Of a DNA stretch of 32,000 bases, positions 8,554-17,541 are shown one piece after another. Origin of the DNA: Flavobacteriaceae bacterium. GTDB lineage: Bacteria > Bacteroidota > Bacteroidia > Flavobacteriales > Flavobacteriaceae. The stretch is from the NCBI GenBank assembly GCA_965224465.1, contig OZ245049.1, positions 1,440,001 to 1,472,000 of the forward strand, given 5' to 3'. Position 1 is the stretch's first letter. Each line of letters starts with the position of its first letter. The notes under the pieces were generated by a model. The model was not told the DNA's origin, searched no databases, and worked only from the letters and a program-made list of their open reading frames with translations. Both the position numbers and the translations under genes were made by a program.

Positions 8554-10113
8554 TTAATTCAATATATAATTTGCTGTCACAGACTTGTATTCCTCCACTT
8601 GATCCAACACCCATGTCTCATTTTCTCCCAACTCTTTCGCCATCAACTTAGCCACAGCTGGTGCCATGCGAATACTCTCTTTAGCATCTAATAATTGACA
8701 GCGAACTCTACGCGCCAACACATCTTCTACAGTACGTGCCATTTCGTTTTTTACTGCCCATACCACCTGCGCTTTCATCACTCCTAAGACAGGGCTCAAC
8801 AATTCACTCATCCCCTCTTTTTTAGCAATTTTAAGCACTTCTTCCTTGTCTGTTCCATAAAAATGTAAGGGATCCGAACGATCCACATCTTCCATATATC
8901 CATGAATCTTCAAGTGACGCGTTTGTGACAAGGTTGTTTTCCATCCTTGATTTTTTTCTGCTTTAGATACTAAATCTTCTCCCATTTTTCTATAAGTAGT
9001 CCATTTTCCTCCTACCATTGTAAGCATCCCAGAATCTGACTCAAAAATCTTATGACTTCTAGAAATCTCTTTTGTTTTCTTTCCCTTTCCTTTTGGAGCA
9101 GCTAACGGTCTCAAACCAGCAAAAACACTTAAGACATCTTTTCTCTGTGGAGCTGTTGTTAGATACCTAGACGCAGTCTCTAATATAAATTCAATTTCCT
9201 CCTCTAAAGCTATAGGCTCTAAAGATGCATTTTTCACCAAAGTATCTGTTGTTCCAACAACTACTTTACCATACCAAGGCACTAAGAATAATACTCTTCC
9301 GTCATCCGTTTTCGGAATCATAATAGCATCATCTCCAGGCAAGAAACACTTTTCAAGCACCAAGTGAATTCCTTGACTAGGCACCATTGTTTTTTCGGCT
9401 CTTACACAATCCATTTTTAAAACTTCATCTGCAAAAACTCCTGTAGCATTCACAATCTGCTTCCCTTTTATCGCATATTCTCTACCTTCCTCCTGATCCA
9501 CAAACACAACACCTGAAGCCTGCTCTTTATCGTCTTTTATAATCCCTTCGACAGCACAATAATTCAAAGCAATCGCTCCCATTTCAGTAGCTGATTGTAA
9601 AGAGTTAATAGCAAGTCTACTATCATCAAATTGACCGTCAAAATACACCACTCCTGCAGATATTTTAGACGATTTTATGTTCGGAATCCGCTTGAGGGTT
9701 TCTTTTTTTGAGATTCGTTTAGACCTTCCTAAACTAAGTTTACCCGCTAACAAATCGTAAAATGTTAAACCGACAGTATATTGAAGCTCGTCAAACAAAC
9801 CATGGGTTGGAATAATAAACGATTGCTCACGAACCAAATGCGGAGCATTCTTTACTAACAACCCTCGTTCAACCACAGCTTCTCGCACCAGAGCAACATC
9901 TCCCTGTGCTAAATAACGGACACCTCCATGTACCAATTTTGTACTTTTACTTGATGTTGACTTTGTGAAATCTGATTTTTCCAATAACACAACAGAATAG
10001 CCCCTTGCCGAAGCCTCTAATGCAATTCCTATTCCTGTTGCTCCTCCTCCAATAATTATAAAATCATATACTTTTTCACAACTAATTTTATCAATCATTC
10101 TATTTCTATTCAT
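8554..10113 (-). CDS. glpD: FAD-dependent glycerol-3-phosphate dehydrogenase/oxidase
   Basis: 519 aa with an N-terminal FAD fold (DFIIIGGGATGIGIALEA) and KLVHGGVRYL. Glycerol gene context. Confidence 0.92.
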   Translation of the reverse strand: MNRNRMIDKISCEKVYDFIIIGGGATGIGIALEASARGYSVVLLEKSDFTKSTSSKSTKLVHGGVRYLAQGDVALVREAVVERGLLVKNAPHLVREQSFIIPTHGLFDELQYTVGLTFYDLLAGKLSLGRSKRISKKETLKRIPNIKSSKISAGVVYFDGQFDDSRLAINSLQSATEMGAIALNYCAVEGIIKDDKEQASGVVFVDQEEGREYAIKGKQIVNATGVFADEVLKMDCVRAEKTMVPSQGIHLVLEKCFLPGDDAIMIPKTDDGRVLFLVPWYGKVVVGTTDTLVKNASLEPIALEEEIEFILETASRYLTTAPQRKDVLSVFAGLRPLAAPKGKGKKTKEISRSHKIFESDSGMLTMVGGKWTTYRKMGEDLVSKAEKNQGWKTTLSQTRHLKIHGYMEDVDRSDPLHFYGTDKEEVLKIAKKEGMSELLSPVLGVMKAQVVWAVKNEMARTVEDVLARRVRCQLLDAKESIRMAPAVAKLMAKELGENETWVLDQVEEYKSVTANYILN

Positions 10114-10555
10114 GATAACTAATTTTAATGTATTTACAGTCCACCTAATTATTATCTTTCAAACATATAACAAAAAGAAATGAAACGAAAGGAAAAATAA
10201 GTTTAATTTACTGCAAACTGACGAATATCATAAAAAAAAGCTATTATTACGTCATAAAAGGAATAATTAAAAAGAAAAAGAAATACAAAGAAACAATCAC
10301 ACTCTTAAAGAAGAAATACATTCGTAAAAAAAACACAACAGCCTCAATCCAAGGGCACGAGATAAATTTCCGAAAATTCTATCCTCTATTTCGTGGCAGA
10401 GCCTCGGAAAATGAAGCCTTCAATAGGGGATTAAAAACAGCCACTATAAATATTCCTTTGAAACATTATTGACAAAACCCCCAATAAGAGATTAAATAAA
10501 AGCCATCGAACTCATCCTAAGAAAAGAAACATAGGATAGGTTTAAAAAACCAGTT

Positions 10556-11002
10556 CTACCGAAGCTTGTCTAGTATTTTATTTAAGACTTTAGCCTCTTC
10601 CTCCGATATATTATCCATACACGTAGACCTCTCCTCTATATCAATTTCATCAATTAATTGAATCCCCACATCGGTAATACCAACATAAACTACACGCCTA
10701 TCAGCATCACACCGCGATCTATGGACGAGATTCTTAGCACATAATTTATCCATCAACCTAGTCGCATTAGGAGCGCGTTCAATCATACGTTCCTTTACTG
10801 TTTGCACAGTGATTTTTTTTCCTGCCCCCAATAAAATCCTTAAAATATTATACTGCTGAATACTTATACTAAACGGCTTAAGTAACTTATTATCATGACA
10901 TTCCAACCAACTAGAAGTGTATTTAATATTGATTAACGCCTTTACTTTCTCTGAAGTAAACGTAGTATTTATATCCTTTGATATATCTCCCATAAGCCAC
11001 AA
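10556..11002 (-). CDS. MarR-family transcriptional regulator
   Basis: 148 aa with a winged-HTH core (ISIQQYNILRIL ... APNATRLMDKLCAKNLVHR ... DRRVVYVGIT). The true start may be an internal Met. Confidence 0.85.
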   Translation of the reverse strand: MWLMGDISKDINTTFTSEKVKALINIKYTSSWLECHDNKLLKPFSISIQQYNILRILLGAGKKITVQTVKERMIERAPNATRLMDKLCAKNLVHRSRCDADRRVVYVGITDVGIQLIDEIDIEERSTCMDNISEEEAKVLNKILDKLR

Positions 11003-11268
11003 ATTTAACCTATTTTACCAACCAGCAAAAGGTAGCTTTATAAAAAACTACCTTTTATACTCAAAAAAATTATTTATCAGTAACCGAAACAACTCATTTA
11101 TATCCTTTACCGTTAAAAAACAGAGCAATAACAATCGTCATCCACGCATTCAACGCTACACAAAACGAGCAATACTCACACGCTACTTAACTATACGATA
11201 GACACATGCACAATTACGCATTGAAAGATTTCCATCTAGAATACAATTTAAAAGTCACAGTCCATACA

Positions 11269-11706
11269 TTATTCATGTACTAAATGCGTTGAAACTGCAA
11301 TTCTATTCCACATATTAATAACTCCGATTAACATAATCAGTTGCGCAATTTCTAACTCGGAAAAATAGCTTGTCGCTTTTACATAGCTAGCATCTGTAAG
11401 TCCATCATTAGAAATAAGTGTCACTTCCTCGGTAATTGTAAAAGCAGCCCTTTCTTTTTCTGTAAATAATGGAGACTCTTTCCATGCAGCAATGGCAAAC
11501 AACCTTTTTTGCGTTTCTCCGTGCTTTAATGCTTCATTACAGTGCATTTCGATACAATACGCACAATTATTAATTTGAGAAGCCCTTATCTTAATCATAT
11601 CCGCCAAGCTTCCTTTTATTAACGTTGTAGCCAAATAGCTTTCCATACCGAACATGGCTTTATATGCTTTTGAGTCTTGCTCTGAAATAGTTACTCTTTT
11701 CATCAT
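11269..11706 (-). CDS. Carboxymuconolactone decarboxylase-family (AhpD-like) protein
   Basis: 145 aa with the AhpD-like CxxC motif (NNCAYCIEMH). Confidence 0.85.
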   Translation of the reverse strand: MMKRVTISEQDSKAYKAMFGMESYLATTLIKGSLADMIKIRASQINNCAYCIEMHCNEALKHGETQKRLFAIAAWKESPLFTEKERAAFTITEEVTLISNDGLTDASYVKATSYFSELEIAQLIMLIGVINMWNRIAVSTHLVHE

Positions 11707-12014
11707 TCTTTAAAATTATTGTTTTTATCATGTAACCTCACATTAAAGGACAGAGGAACTCCCTTGTATTTTATCAAAAAAAACTTTTCCAGAAATTAAC
11801 TGTATAACATTAAATAGAGATCATAGGTATCCATAAGACATGTTCTTATCCTATGTTTACAGTATCACACTTAGAAAGCATATCATTAGAAAAAAAAGGC
11901 ATCCCTATAAACACCTCCTTTATTCCTGATCAATAGATCTACATGTCAGAGAAAATTTCAATAATCATAACAAACATTCCGTATAATACACCTTAACTTC
12001 TACAAGATTTTTAT

Positions 12015-12548
12015 TTACAATGCCAATCTAAAGGTCTTCACTTTTAACAGCAATGTTGCTTTGAGAGCTTCATCTACAATATCATTATCTTTAAAATTAT
12101 CAAAAAATGATGGGAGAGAAAAATCAGCAACCACTTTGGCTCCTAAATGCGGAAAGGATGCCAATGCCGCAGCCATAACCGTAGCACCCCCTCTTGCCCC
12201 AGGAGATGTAGACAATAATAACATTGGTTTATTCTTCCAAACAGAACCATCTACCCTAGAAACCCAATCCATTACGTTTTTAAAAACAGCCGCATAAGAA
12301 CCGTTATGCTCCGCCAAAGACAACACAAAAGCATCTGTAGCAACAAACTGTTCACTTATTTTATATACATCTTTAGGAATTCCATTCTCTGACTCTTCAT
12401 CTACAGAGTACATCGGAATTTGATACTCCTTTAAATCCAAAGATTCTATTTTTATAGCATCCATCAATCCCGCTGCATAATTTGCAAATTCTTTATTGAT
12501 TGATTTTTGACTACTGCTCCCTCCTAAGGTAATAACATTCTTGTACAT
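12015..12548 (-). CDS. NAD(P)H-dependent FMN reductase-family oxidoreductase
   Basis: 177 aa with a flavodoxin-like N-terminus (ITLGGSSSQKSINKEFA) and LLSTSPGARGG. Confidence 0.8.
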   Translation of the reverse strand: MYKNVITLGGSSSQKSINKEFANYAAGLMDAIKIESLDLKEYQIPMYSVDEESENGIPKDVYKISEQFVATDAFVLSLAEHNGSYAAVFKNVMDWVSRVDGSVWKNKPMLLLSTSPGARGGATVMAAALASFPHLGAKVVADFSLPSFFDNFKDNDIVDEALKATLLLKVKTFRLAL

Positions 12549-12592
12549 TTAATTTATTTTAATAGTTAGTATCTCTATAATATACTGGCATA

Positions 12593-12645
12593 ACACCAAT
12601 TACAATTCAAAATAACCGATATAAATAGTTTATTTTATTTGTATT
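12593..12645 (+). repeat. MITE-like repeat, 5' half only (terminus plus core)
   Basis: ACACCAATTACAATTCAAAATAACCGATATAAATAGTTTATTTTA. No matching 3' terminus downstream. Confidence 0.7.
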
Positions 12646-12722
12646 TTAATTTAACAACAACAGCCCAAACACAATGACAAATTAGACTTTAAATAGCTTT
12701 CCCTCTGTAAAATACGATGTTA

Positions 12723-12848
12723 TACCAACTAAAACCCCAAATAACCGATATAAATAGTTTATTTTACGTTCTAGCGTTGTTGAAAAACAGGACGATAACT
12801 AAGGCGATCCTTCCATTTCTAAACTGTCATTTGTAAATGTGTTTGGTA
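12723..12848 (+). repeat. MITE-like repeat, complete internally deleted copy (126 bp), inserted in a DoxX-like gene
   Basis: 5' terminus TACCAACTAAAACC, core, hairpin remnant CTAAGGCGATCCTT, and 3' end CCATTTCTAAACTGTCATTTGTAAATGTGTTTGGTA. Flanked by TTA at 12720-12722 and 12849-12851. Confidence 0.8.
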
Positions 12849-13149
12849 TTAAATCCTCTGTCTGTTGACCATCACGAATCATTATATGAGTAAAAAACAC
12901 CAGTACAAATTCAAAAAACAAGACCGCGCACCCACATTTTTTTATATATGATTTCTTTTGACTTAGTAAAAAAGTCACAGTAATTAGCTTTTCAAATACT
13001 AATAGACATATCAAATACACAGGAAAATCAAAACACACAAACATCGCACGAACAGACTAGACCTCAAACACATACATTCCATAACTCAGTAATACCAAGA
13101 CACTCAACAATCCTGTAGAAATCCAATATCCAATTTTAAATATTTTCAT
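12799..13149 (-). pseudogene. DoxX-like membrane protein pseudogene: in-frame TAG at 13057-13059 and 3' end replaced by the repeat at 12723-12848
   Basis: The minus strand from ATG 13149 reads MKIFKIGYWISTGLLSVLVLLSYGMYVFEV-TAG-SVRAMFVCFDFPVYLI...VLFFEFVLVFFTHIMIRDGQQTED in one frame. It resembles DoxX-like proteins on both sides of the stop. The last 17 sense codons and the stop of the 81-aa track ORF are repeat sequence. Confidence 0.65.
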
Positions 13150-13299
13150 ATTATTCGATTTAATTACAGCGCAAAACTACATTAAAAATTTATATTTACC
13201 TAGGGAATTACCCCCATGGTTTATAATTTAACAAAAAGTAGCAAGTTTTAAACATTCACTTTTTAATTTTTGTACATTAGCCACCAATAAAATGAAGCT

Positions 13300-14928
13300 A
13301 TGGATATCAATTTCAATAAAAACGAAGACCACAATAAATTACTCTTGAGTCAATTAAAAAAGAACCTCTTAAAAGTTTATAAGGGTGGTGGAGATAAGCG
13401 TATTGAAAAACACCGAGCAAAAGGAAAACTAACAGCACGAGAACGCATTGATTTCCTACTAGATGACAAGGCTTCTTGTATTGAAATAGCAGCTTTTGCA
13501 GGTGAAGGCATGTATAAAGAACACGGCGGATGCCCATCCGCAGGTGTGGTTGTAAAAATGGGCTATATAAAAGGAAAGCAGTGTATTGTTGTTGCCAATG
13601 ATGCCACGGTAAAAGCAGGCGCTTGGTTTCCCATCACAGCAAAAAAGAATTTACGAGCACAGGAAATAGCCATAGAAAACCGCTTGCCTATCATCTACTT
13701 GGTTGATAGCGCAGGAGTCTATTTACCCCTACAAGATGAAATTTTCCCCGACAAGGAACATTTTGGTAGAATTTTCAGAAACAATGCCATTATGAGTAGC
13801 ATGGGAATTACACAAATTTCCGTAATTATGGGAAGCTGTGTAGCTGGCGGGGCTTACCTTCCAATTATGAGTGATGAAGCCATTATTGTTGATAAAACGG
13901 GAAGTATTTTTTTAGCAGGAAGTTATTTAGTAAAAGCAGCTATAGGCGAAAGTATCGATAACGAAACTCTCGGAGGCGCTACAACCCATTGTGAGATCAG
14001 TGGTGTAACCGACTACAAAGCTACAGACGACAAAGACGCTTTGACAATAGTCAAAGGCATTATAGATAAGATAGGTGATTACGACAAAACTGGTTACAAC
14101 AGAGCCACTCCAAAAAAACCTTTAAAAAACCCTAAGGAAATTTATGGAATCCTTCCAAAATCACGTTCTGACCAATACGACATGAAAGAAATTATTGCTC
14201 GTTTGGTGGACAATTCAGATTTTGAAGAATACAAAAAGGACTATGGAAAAACGTTGATTTGTGGATATGCAAGAATCGAAGGCTGGGCAGTAGGAATTGT
14301 TGCCAATCAACGAAAAATGGTTAAAAACGGAAAAAAGGAGATGCAATTTGGAGGGGTAATCTACTCAGACTCTGCGGATAAAGCTACACGTTTTATTGCC
14401 AATTGCAACCAAAAGAAGATCCCATTGGTTTTTTTACAAGACGTAACAGGTTTTATGGTAGGGAGTAAAAGTGAGCACAGTGGAATTATAAAAGATGGCG
14501 CTAAAATGGTAAATGCTGTCAGCAATTCTGTAGTCCCTAAATTCACGATTATTATAGGGAACTCTTATGGTGCAGGAAATTATGCCATGTGCGGAAAAGC
14601 CTATGACCCACGATTGATTTGCGCTTGGCCTTCTGCCGAATTAGCGGTAATGAGCGGAGGATCTGCGGCTAAAGTACTACTACAAATAGAAACTGCCAGT
14701 TTAAAACGCAAGGGAGAGGAAATCACCAAAGAACAAGAAGAGGCGTTGTTCACTAAAATTAAGTCGCGATACGACGAACAGACATCTCCTTACTATGCTG
14801 CATCTAGAATTTGGACAGACGGAATTATCAATCCCCTAGATACAAGAACATGGATAAGCATGGGAATAGAAGCTGCCAATCATGCTCCTATAGAGAAAGC
14901 TTTTAACTTGGGGGTGATTCAAGTTTAA
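13300..14928 (+). CDS. Acyl-CoA carboxylase carboxyltransferase (beta) subunit, methylcrotonoyl-CoA carboxylase-like
   Basis: 542 aa, typical of the carboxyltransferase family (GKLTARERIDFLLD, VVANDATVKAGAW, FLQDVTGFMVG). Confidence 0.9.
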   Translation: MDINFNKNEDHNKLLLSQLKKNLLKVYKGGGDKRIEKHRAKGKLTARERIDFLLDDKASCIEIAAFAGEGMYKEHGGCPSAGVVVKMGYIKGKQCIVVANDATVKAGAWFPITAKKNLRAQEIAIENRLPIIYLVDSAGVYLPLQDEIFPDKEHFGRIFRNNAIMSSMGITQISVIMGSCVAGGAYLPIMSDEAIIVDKTGSIFLAGSYLVKAAIGESIDNETLGGATTHCEISGVTDYKATDDKDALTIVKGIIDKIGDYDKTGYNRATPKKPLKNPKEIYGILPKSRSDQYDMKEIIARLVDNSDFEEYKKDYGKTLICGYARIEGWAVGIVANQRKMVKNGKKEMQFGGVIYSDSADKATRFIANCNQKKIPLVFLQDVTGFMVGSKSEHSGIIKDGAKMVNAVSNSVVPKFTIIIGNSYGAGNYAMCGKAYDPRLICAWPSAELAVMSGGSAAKVLLQIETASLKRKGEEITKEQEEALFTKIKSRYDEQTSPYYAASRIWTDGIINPLDTRTWISMGIEAANHAPIEKAFNLGVIQV

Positions 14929-15021
14929 AGCATCAAAAAACAACAATCATAAACAATTATAAAAGCACTTGTATTAAAACTGATAAAGTTTTACTTTTAC
15001 AGGGTTAAAAAAAATAATAAA

Positions 15022-15738
15022 ATGGGAAGAGCATTCGAATTTAGAAAGGCTAGAAAAATGAAACGTTGGTCTGCAATGGCAAAAACTTTTACTCGCATAG
15101 GTAAAGACATTGTAATGGCAGTAAAGGATGGAGGACCAAACCCAGATACGAATGCACGTTTAAGGGCCGTGATTCAAAATGCCAAAGCCGCTAACATGCC
15201 TAAGGATAATGTAGAGCGTGCCATTAAAAAAGCTAGCGATAAGGATACCGCCAATTATAAAGAAGTATTATTTGAAGGATACGCACCACATGGTATAGCA
15301 GTAGTCGTAGAAACAGCTACGGACAATAACAACCGTACCGTTGCCAATGTAAGAGCTGTCTTTAATAAATGTAACGGGAATTTTGGAACTTCTGGTTCTG
15401 TAGTTTTTATGTTTGACCATACCTGTAATTTCAGAATTAGTACTGAGGAATTAAAAATGGACTTGGAAGATTTTGAATTAGAATTGATGGATTTTGAAGT
15501 TGAAGAGGTCTTTAAAGATGAAGATGGGATATTAATCTACGCCCCTTTTGAGCAATTTGGAGCAATCCAAAATTACTTGGAAGAAAACAAATTAGGTATT
15601 TTATCTTCTGGATTTGAACGCATTCCTTCCAACACCACAAAATTAAACGAAGAACAACAAGCCGAAGTTGAAAAACTATTGGAAAAACTAGAAGAAGATG
15701 AAGATGTGCAACATGTATATCACAGTTTAGAAATGTAA
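15022..15738 (+). CDS. yebC: YebC/PmpR-family DNA-binding regulator
   Basis: 238 aa beginning MGRAFEFRKARKMKRW, with NPDTNARLRAVIQNAKAANMPKDNVERAIKKA. Confidence 0.93.
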   Translation: MGRAFEFRKARKMKRWSAMAKTFTRIGKDIVMAVKDGGPNPDTNARLRAVIQNAKAANMPKDNVERAIKKASDKDTANYKEVLFEGYAPHGIAVVVETATDNNNRTVANVRAVFNKCNGNFGTSGSVVFMFDHTCNFRISTEELKMDLEDFELELMDFEVEEVFKDEDGILIYAPFEQFGAIQNYLEENKLGILSSGFERIPSNTTKLNEEQQAEVEKLLEKLEEDEDVQHVYHSLEM

Positions 15739-15764
15739 CATCTAATTTTTTATATCCATTTCAT

Positions 15765-15802
15765 AAACCCCCAACAGACGCTCTGATGGGGGTTTATTTT
15801 TT
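15765..15802 (+). terminator. Rho-independent terminator of yebC
   Basis: Stem AAACCCCCA (15765-15773) / TGGGGGTTT (15787-15795) followed by ATTTTTT. Confidence 0.75.
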
Positions 15803-15808
15803 GTGATT

Positions 15809-15874
15809 TACACCACACATTCCAAAATTACTGATATAAATAATTCCATTTCTAAACCGTATCTTAGATTGGTA
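15809..15874 (+). repeat. MITE-like repeat, minimal 66-bp copy (both termini, interior deleted)
   Basis: TACACCACACATTCCAAAATTACTGATATAAATA is joined directly to ATTCCATTTCTAAACCGTATCTTAGATTGGTA. This matches the 3' end of the full-length copies. Confidence 0.65.
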
Positions 15875-15959
15875 TTACTTGTATGAAGGTTCAAAAATAC
15901 GAAACCACACTGTGATTATATAAACGTAATAGTGCATTATTAATTATCACTTTTTTACC

Positions 15960-15967
15960 TATATTTG
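15960..15967 (+). promoter_or_regulatory. Candidate -7 box TATATTTG upstream of the RelE-like ORF
   Basis: Perfect TAnnTTTG about 90 nt upstream of the ATG at 16058. Confidence 0.25.
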
Positions 15968-16057
15968 TGAAACATGAAATAATTAAGCGCAGGTTTTCAG
16001 ACAAACTGACGTTGTAAACCATTAATAACAGGGATTCAAACGAGAAAAAAAAATAAA

Positions 16058-16366
16058 ATGCACACAATTATTTCAAGTATAGAATTTCAAAAAAAAGTAA
16101 AAAATAAATTCACTTCAAAGGAAATTGAACGAATAATTGAAATATTATCTTTAAACCCTAAATTAGGTAAGAAATTTAATTCAGTAAATAACATATACAA
16201 GTTAAACTTAGGATTAGCCGAAAACAAAAAGCAAGATTATAATTTAATTTATTGTTATCAAGGAAAAAACAAACCAATTTTTATAATTAATATTTTCAGA
16301 ACAAAAGAGAAAGATTTAATTACTAAAATAATTAATTGCTTAATAACTGAAGCTTTAGAAAATTGA
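16058..16366 (+). CDS. Hypothetical protein, RelE/HigB-2-like toxin fold suspected
   Basis: 102 aa. The pattern FQKKVKNKFTSKEIERIIEIL...LGKKF...IYKLNLG...K..YNLIYCY.....IFIINIFRTKEKDLIT resembles RelE/HigB-2 (DUF1044-type) toxins as I recall them. Very AT-rich. Confidence 0.4.
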   Translation: MHTIISSIEFQKKVKNKFTSKEIERIIEILSLNPKLGKKFNSVNNIYKLNLGLAENKKQDYNLIYCYQGKNKPIFIINIFRTKEKDLITKIINCLITEALEN

Positions 16367-16476
16367 AAATTATTACAGATGTGGAATCCGTTTAAAAAAA
16401 AAGAAAAAAACCTACGTTAATTAAATAAAATAAAAACATATAAAAATAAAGAAAAATACTTTATAAAAACATTGAA

Positions 16477-16974
16477 ATGAAATTGAAATTTAGATTTTTT
16501 AATAAAAATGACTGGAAGGAAATATCTGAAATTTATAAACAGGGAATTGAAACAAAGAATGCTACATTTCAACTTGAAACACCGAATTGGTTGGATTGGA
16601 ATAACAGTCATTTAACGAGTTGTAGAATAGTAGCGGAACTAAAGGATGAAATCGTAGGATGGTCTGCTCTATCTCCAATTTCAAATCGATGTATATATGG
16701 GGGTGTCGCAGAAGTTAGTATTTATGTCTCAAACAACTATTCAGGACAAAAAATAGGAACAAAACTTTTAGAGAAATTAATATTAGAAAGCGAAAAAAAA
16801 GGCATTTGGACTTTACAAGCAGGTATTTTTCCCGAAAACAAAGCAAGTCTTAAAATTCATAGTAATTTAGGATTTAGAAAGGTTGGATACCGTGAAAAGA
16901 TCGGGAAAATGAATGGAAAATGGAGAGATACTATTCTTATAGAAAGAAGAAGTAAGAATATAGGAATAGAATAA
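16477..16974 (+). CDS. GNAT-family N-acetyltransferase (phosphinothricin / methionine sulfoximine acetyltransferase-like)
   Basis: 165 aa with a PAT-like layout (NATFQLETP, AEVSIYV, GQKIGTKLLEKLI, GIFPENKASLKIHSNLGFRKVG). Confidence 0.85.
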   Translation: MKLKFRFFNKNDWKEISEIYKQGIETKNATFQLETPNWLDWNNSHLTSCRIVAELKDEIVGWSALSPISNRCIYGGVAEVSIYVSNNYSGQKIGTKLLEKLILESEKKGIWTLQAGIFPENKASLKIHSNLGFRKVGYREKIGKMNGKWRDTILIERRSKNIGIE

Positions 16975-17191
16975 TAACGCTCTACAACACCTAAAACCCG
17001 TCCAATACCTAGCGCCAAGGCAATAACCATAGTCTACACTATCCCCACTAAAAGAGGGCACTACAAAGATGCGTGGTATTTACTAAGAGGCAAAGCGACA
17101 GAACATTCTCTTGAACCCCATAAAACGCTTTATTCCCTCAAAGCTTTTAGACAAATTGTCTGTAGGAAAAACTGGACAACCTACCTAATAA

Positions 17192-17206
17192 TACCAATTA
17201 CAATCC
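17192..17206 (+). repeat. Solo terminus fragment of the MITE-like repeat
   Basis: TACCAATTACAATCC matches the 5' terminus of the family. The core is absent. Confidence 0.35.
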
Positions 17207-17541
17207 TCGTATTTTAACTTGTGAATTATACTATTGCAACTTGAGAGAGGAAGAAGCCAGAAATGGGAAACACAACCACAAGATATACTTCCGAAAGGCT
17301 ATTTACTATTTCAAAGCAGCGCCTTGGATAATTAAACCTCCAAAAAAAGACCAACCAATAAGGAAACAGTAAAACACACCTATGTGTTTTATACGCTAAC
17401 AATCAGCACTTAAAAACAAATATCTACGAACATTTCTCAAATACAACAAGGAAATACACGGGAATATTTTTTATATTTACAAAGATTGGTGATTTTATCA
17501 TAGCACAACTCATCTATAAATAGTGAGACAAAATTCAAAAA

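Noticed and set aside
12593-12848. Regularly spaced repeats (here and at 22226-22374) as a possible mini CRISPR array
   Set aside because: There are only two units per locus. The units are 40-130 bp, imperfect and of unequal length. They have inverted termini and the same sequence is dispersed singly elsewhere. No cas genes are present. The organisation is that of a MITE-like element, not a CRISPR array.
12720-12851. TTA target-site duplication as a general property of the repeat family
   Set aside because: A perfect TTA/TTA flank is seen only at copy 12723-12848. The other complete copies (5125-5270, 15809-15874, 24157-24317) have TTA or TAA on one side only, or offset by 1 nt. In DNA this AT-rich a 3-nt match can be chance, so I report it only as a hint.
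12799-13044. 81-aa minus-strand ORF from the track, taken as an independent small membrane protein gene
   Set aside because: It is the in-frame continuation of an ORF that starts at 13149 and is interrupted by a TAG at 13057-13059. Its C-terminal 17 codons are repeat-element sequence. It is better explained as a fragment of a DoxX-like pseudogene.
16477-16974. GNAT gene as a TacT/AtaT-type acetyltransferase toxin partnered with the upstream RelE-like ORF
   Set aside because: Its sequence pattern is that of phosphinothricin / methionine-sulfoximine acetyltransferases rather than tRNA-acetylating toxins. There is no RHH antitoxin gene upstream, and the 110-nt gap argues against translational coupling.
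16972-17215. Stop-codon read-through extension of the GNAT protein into the 79-codon open frame that follows
   Set aside because: Two consecutive TAA codons separate them. The extension has no recognisable domain and ends in a repeat terminus. A coincidental open frame or a gene remnant is more likely.
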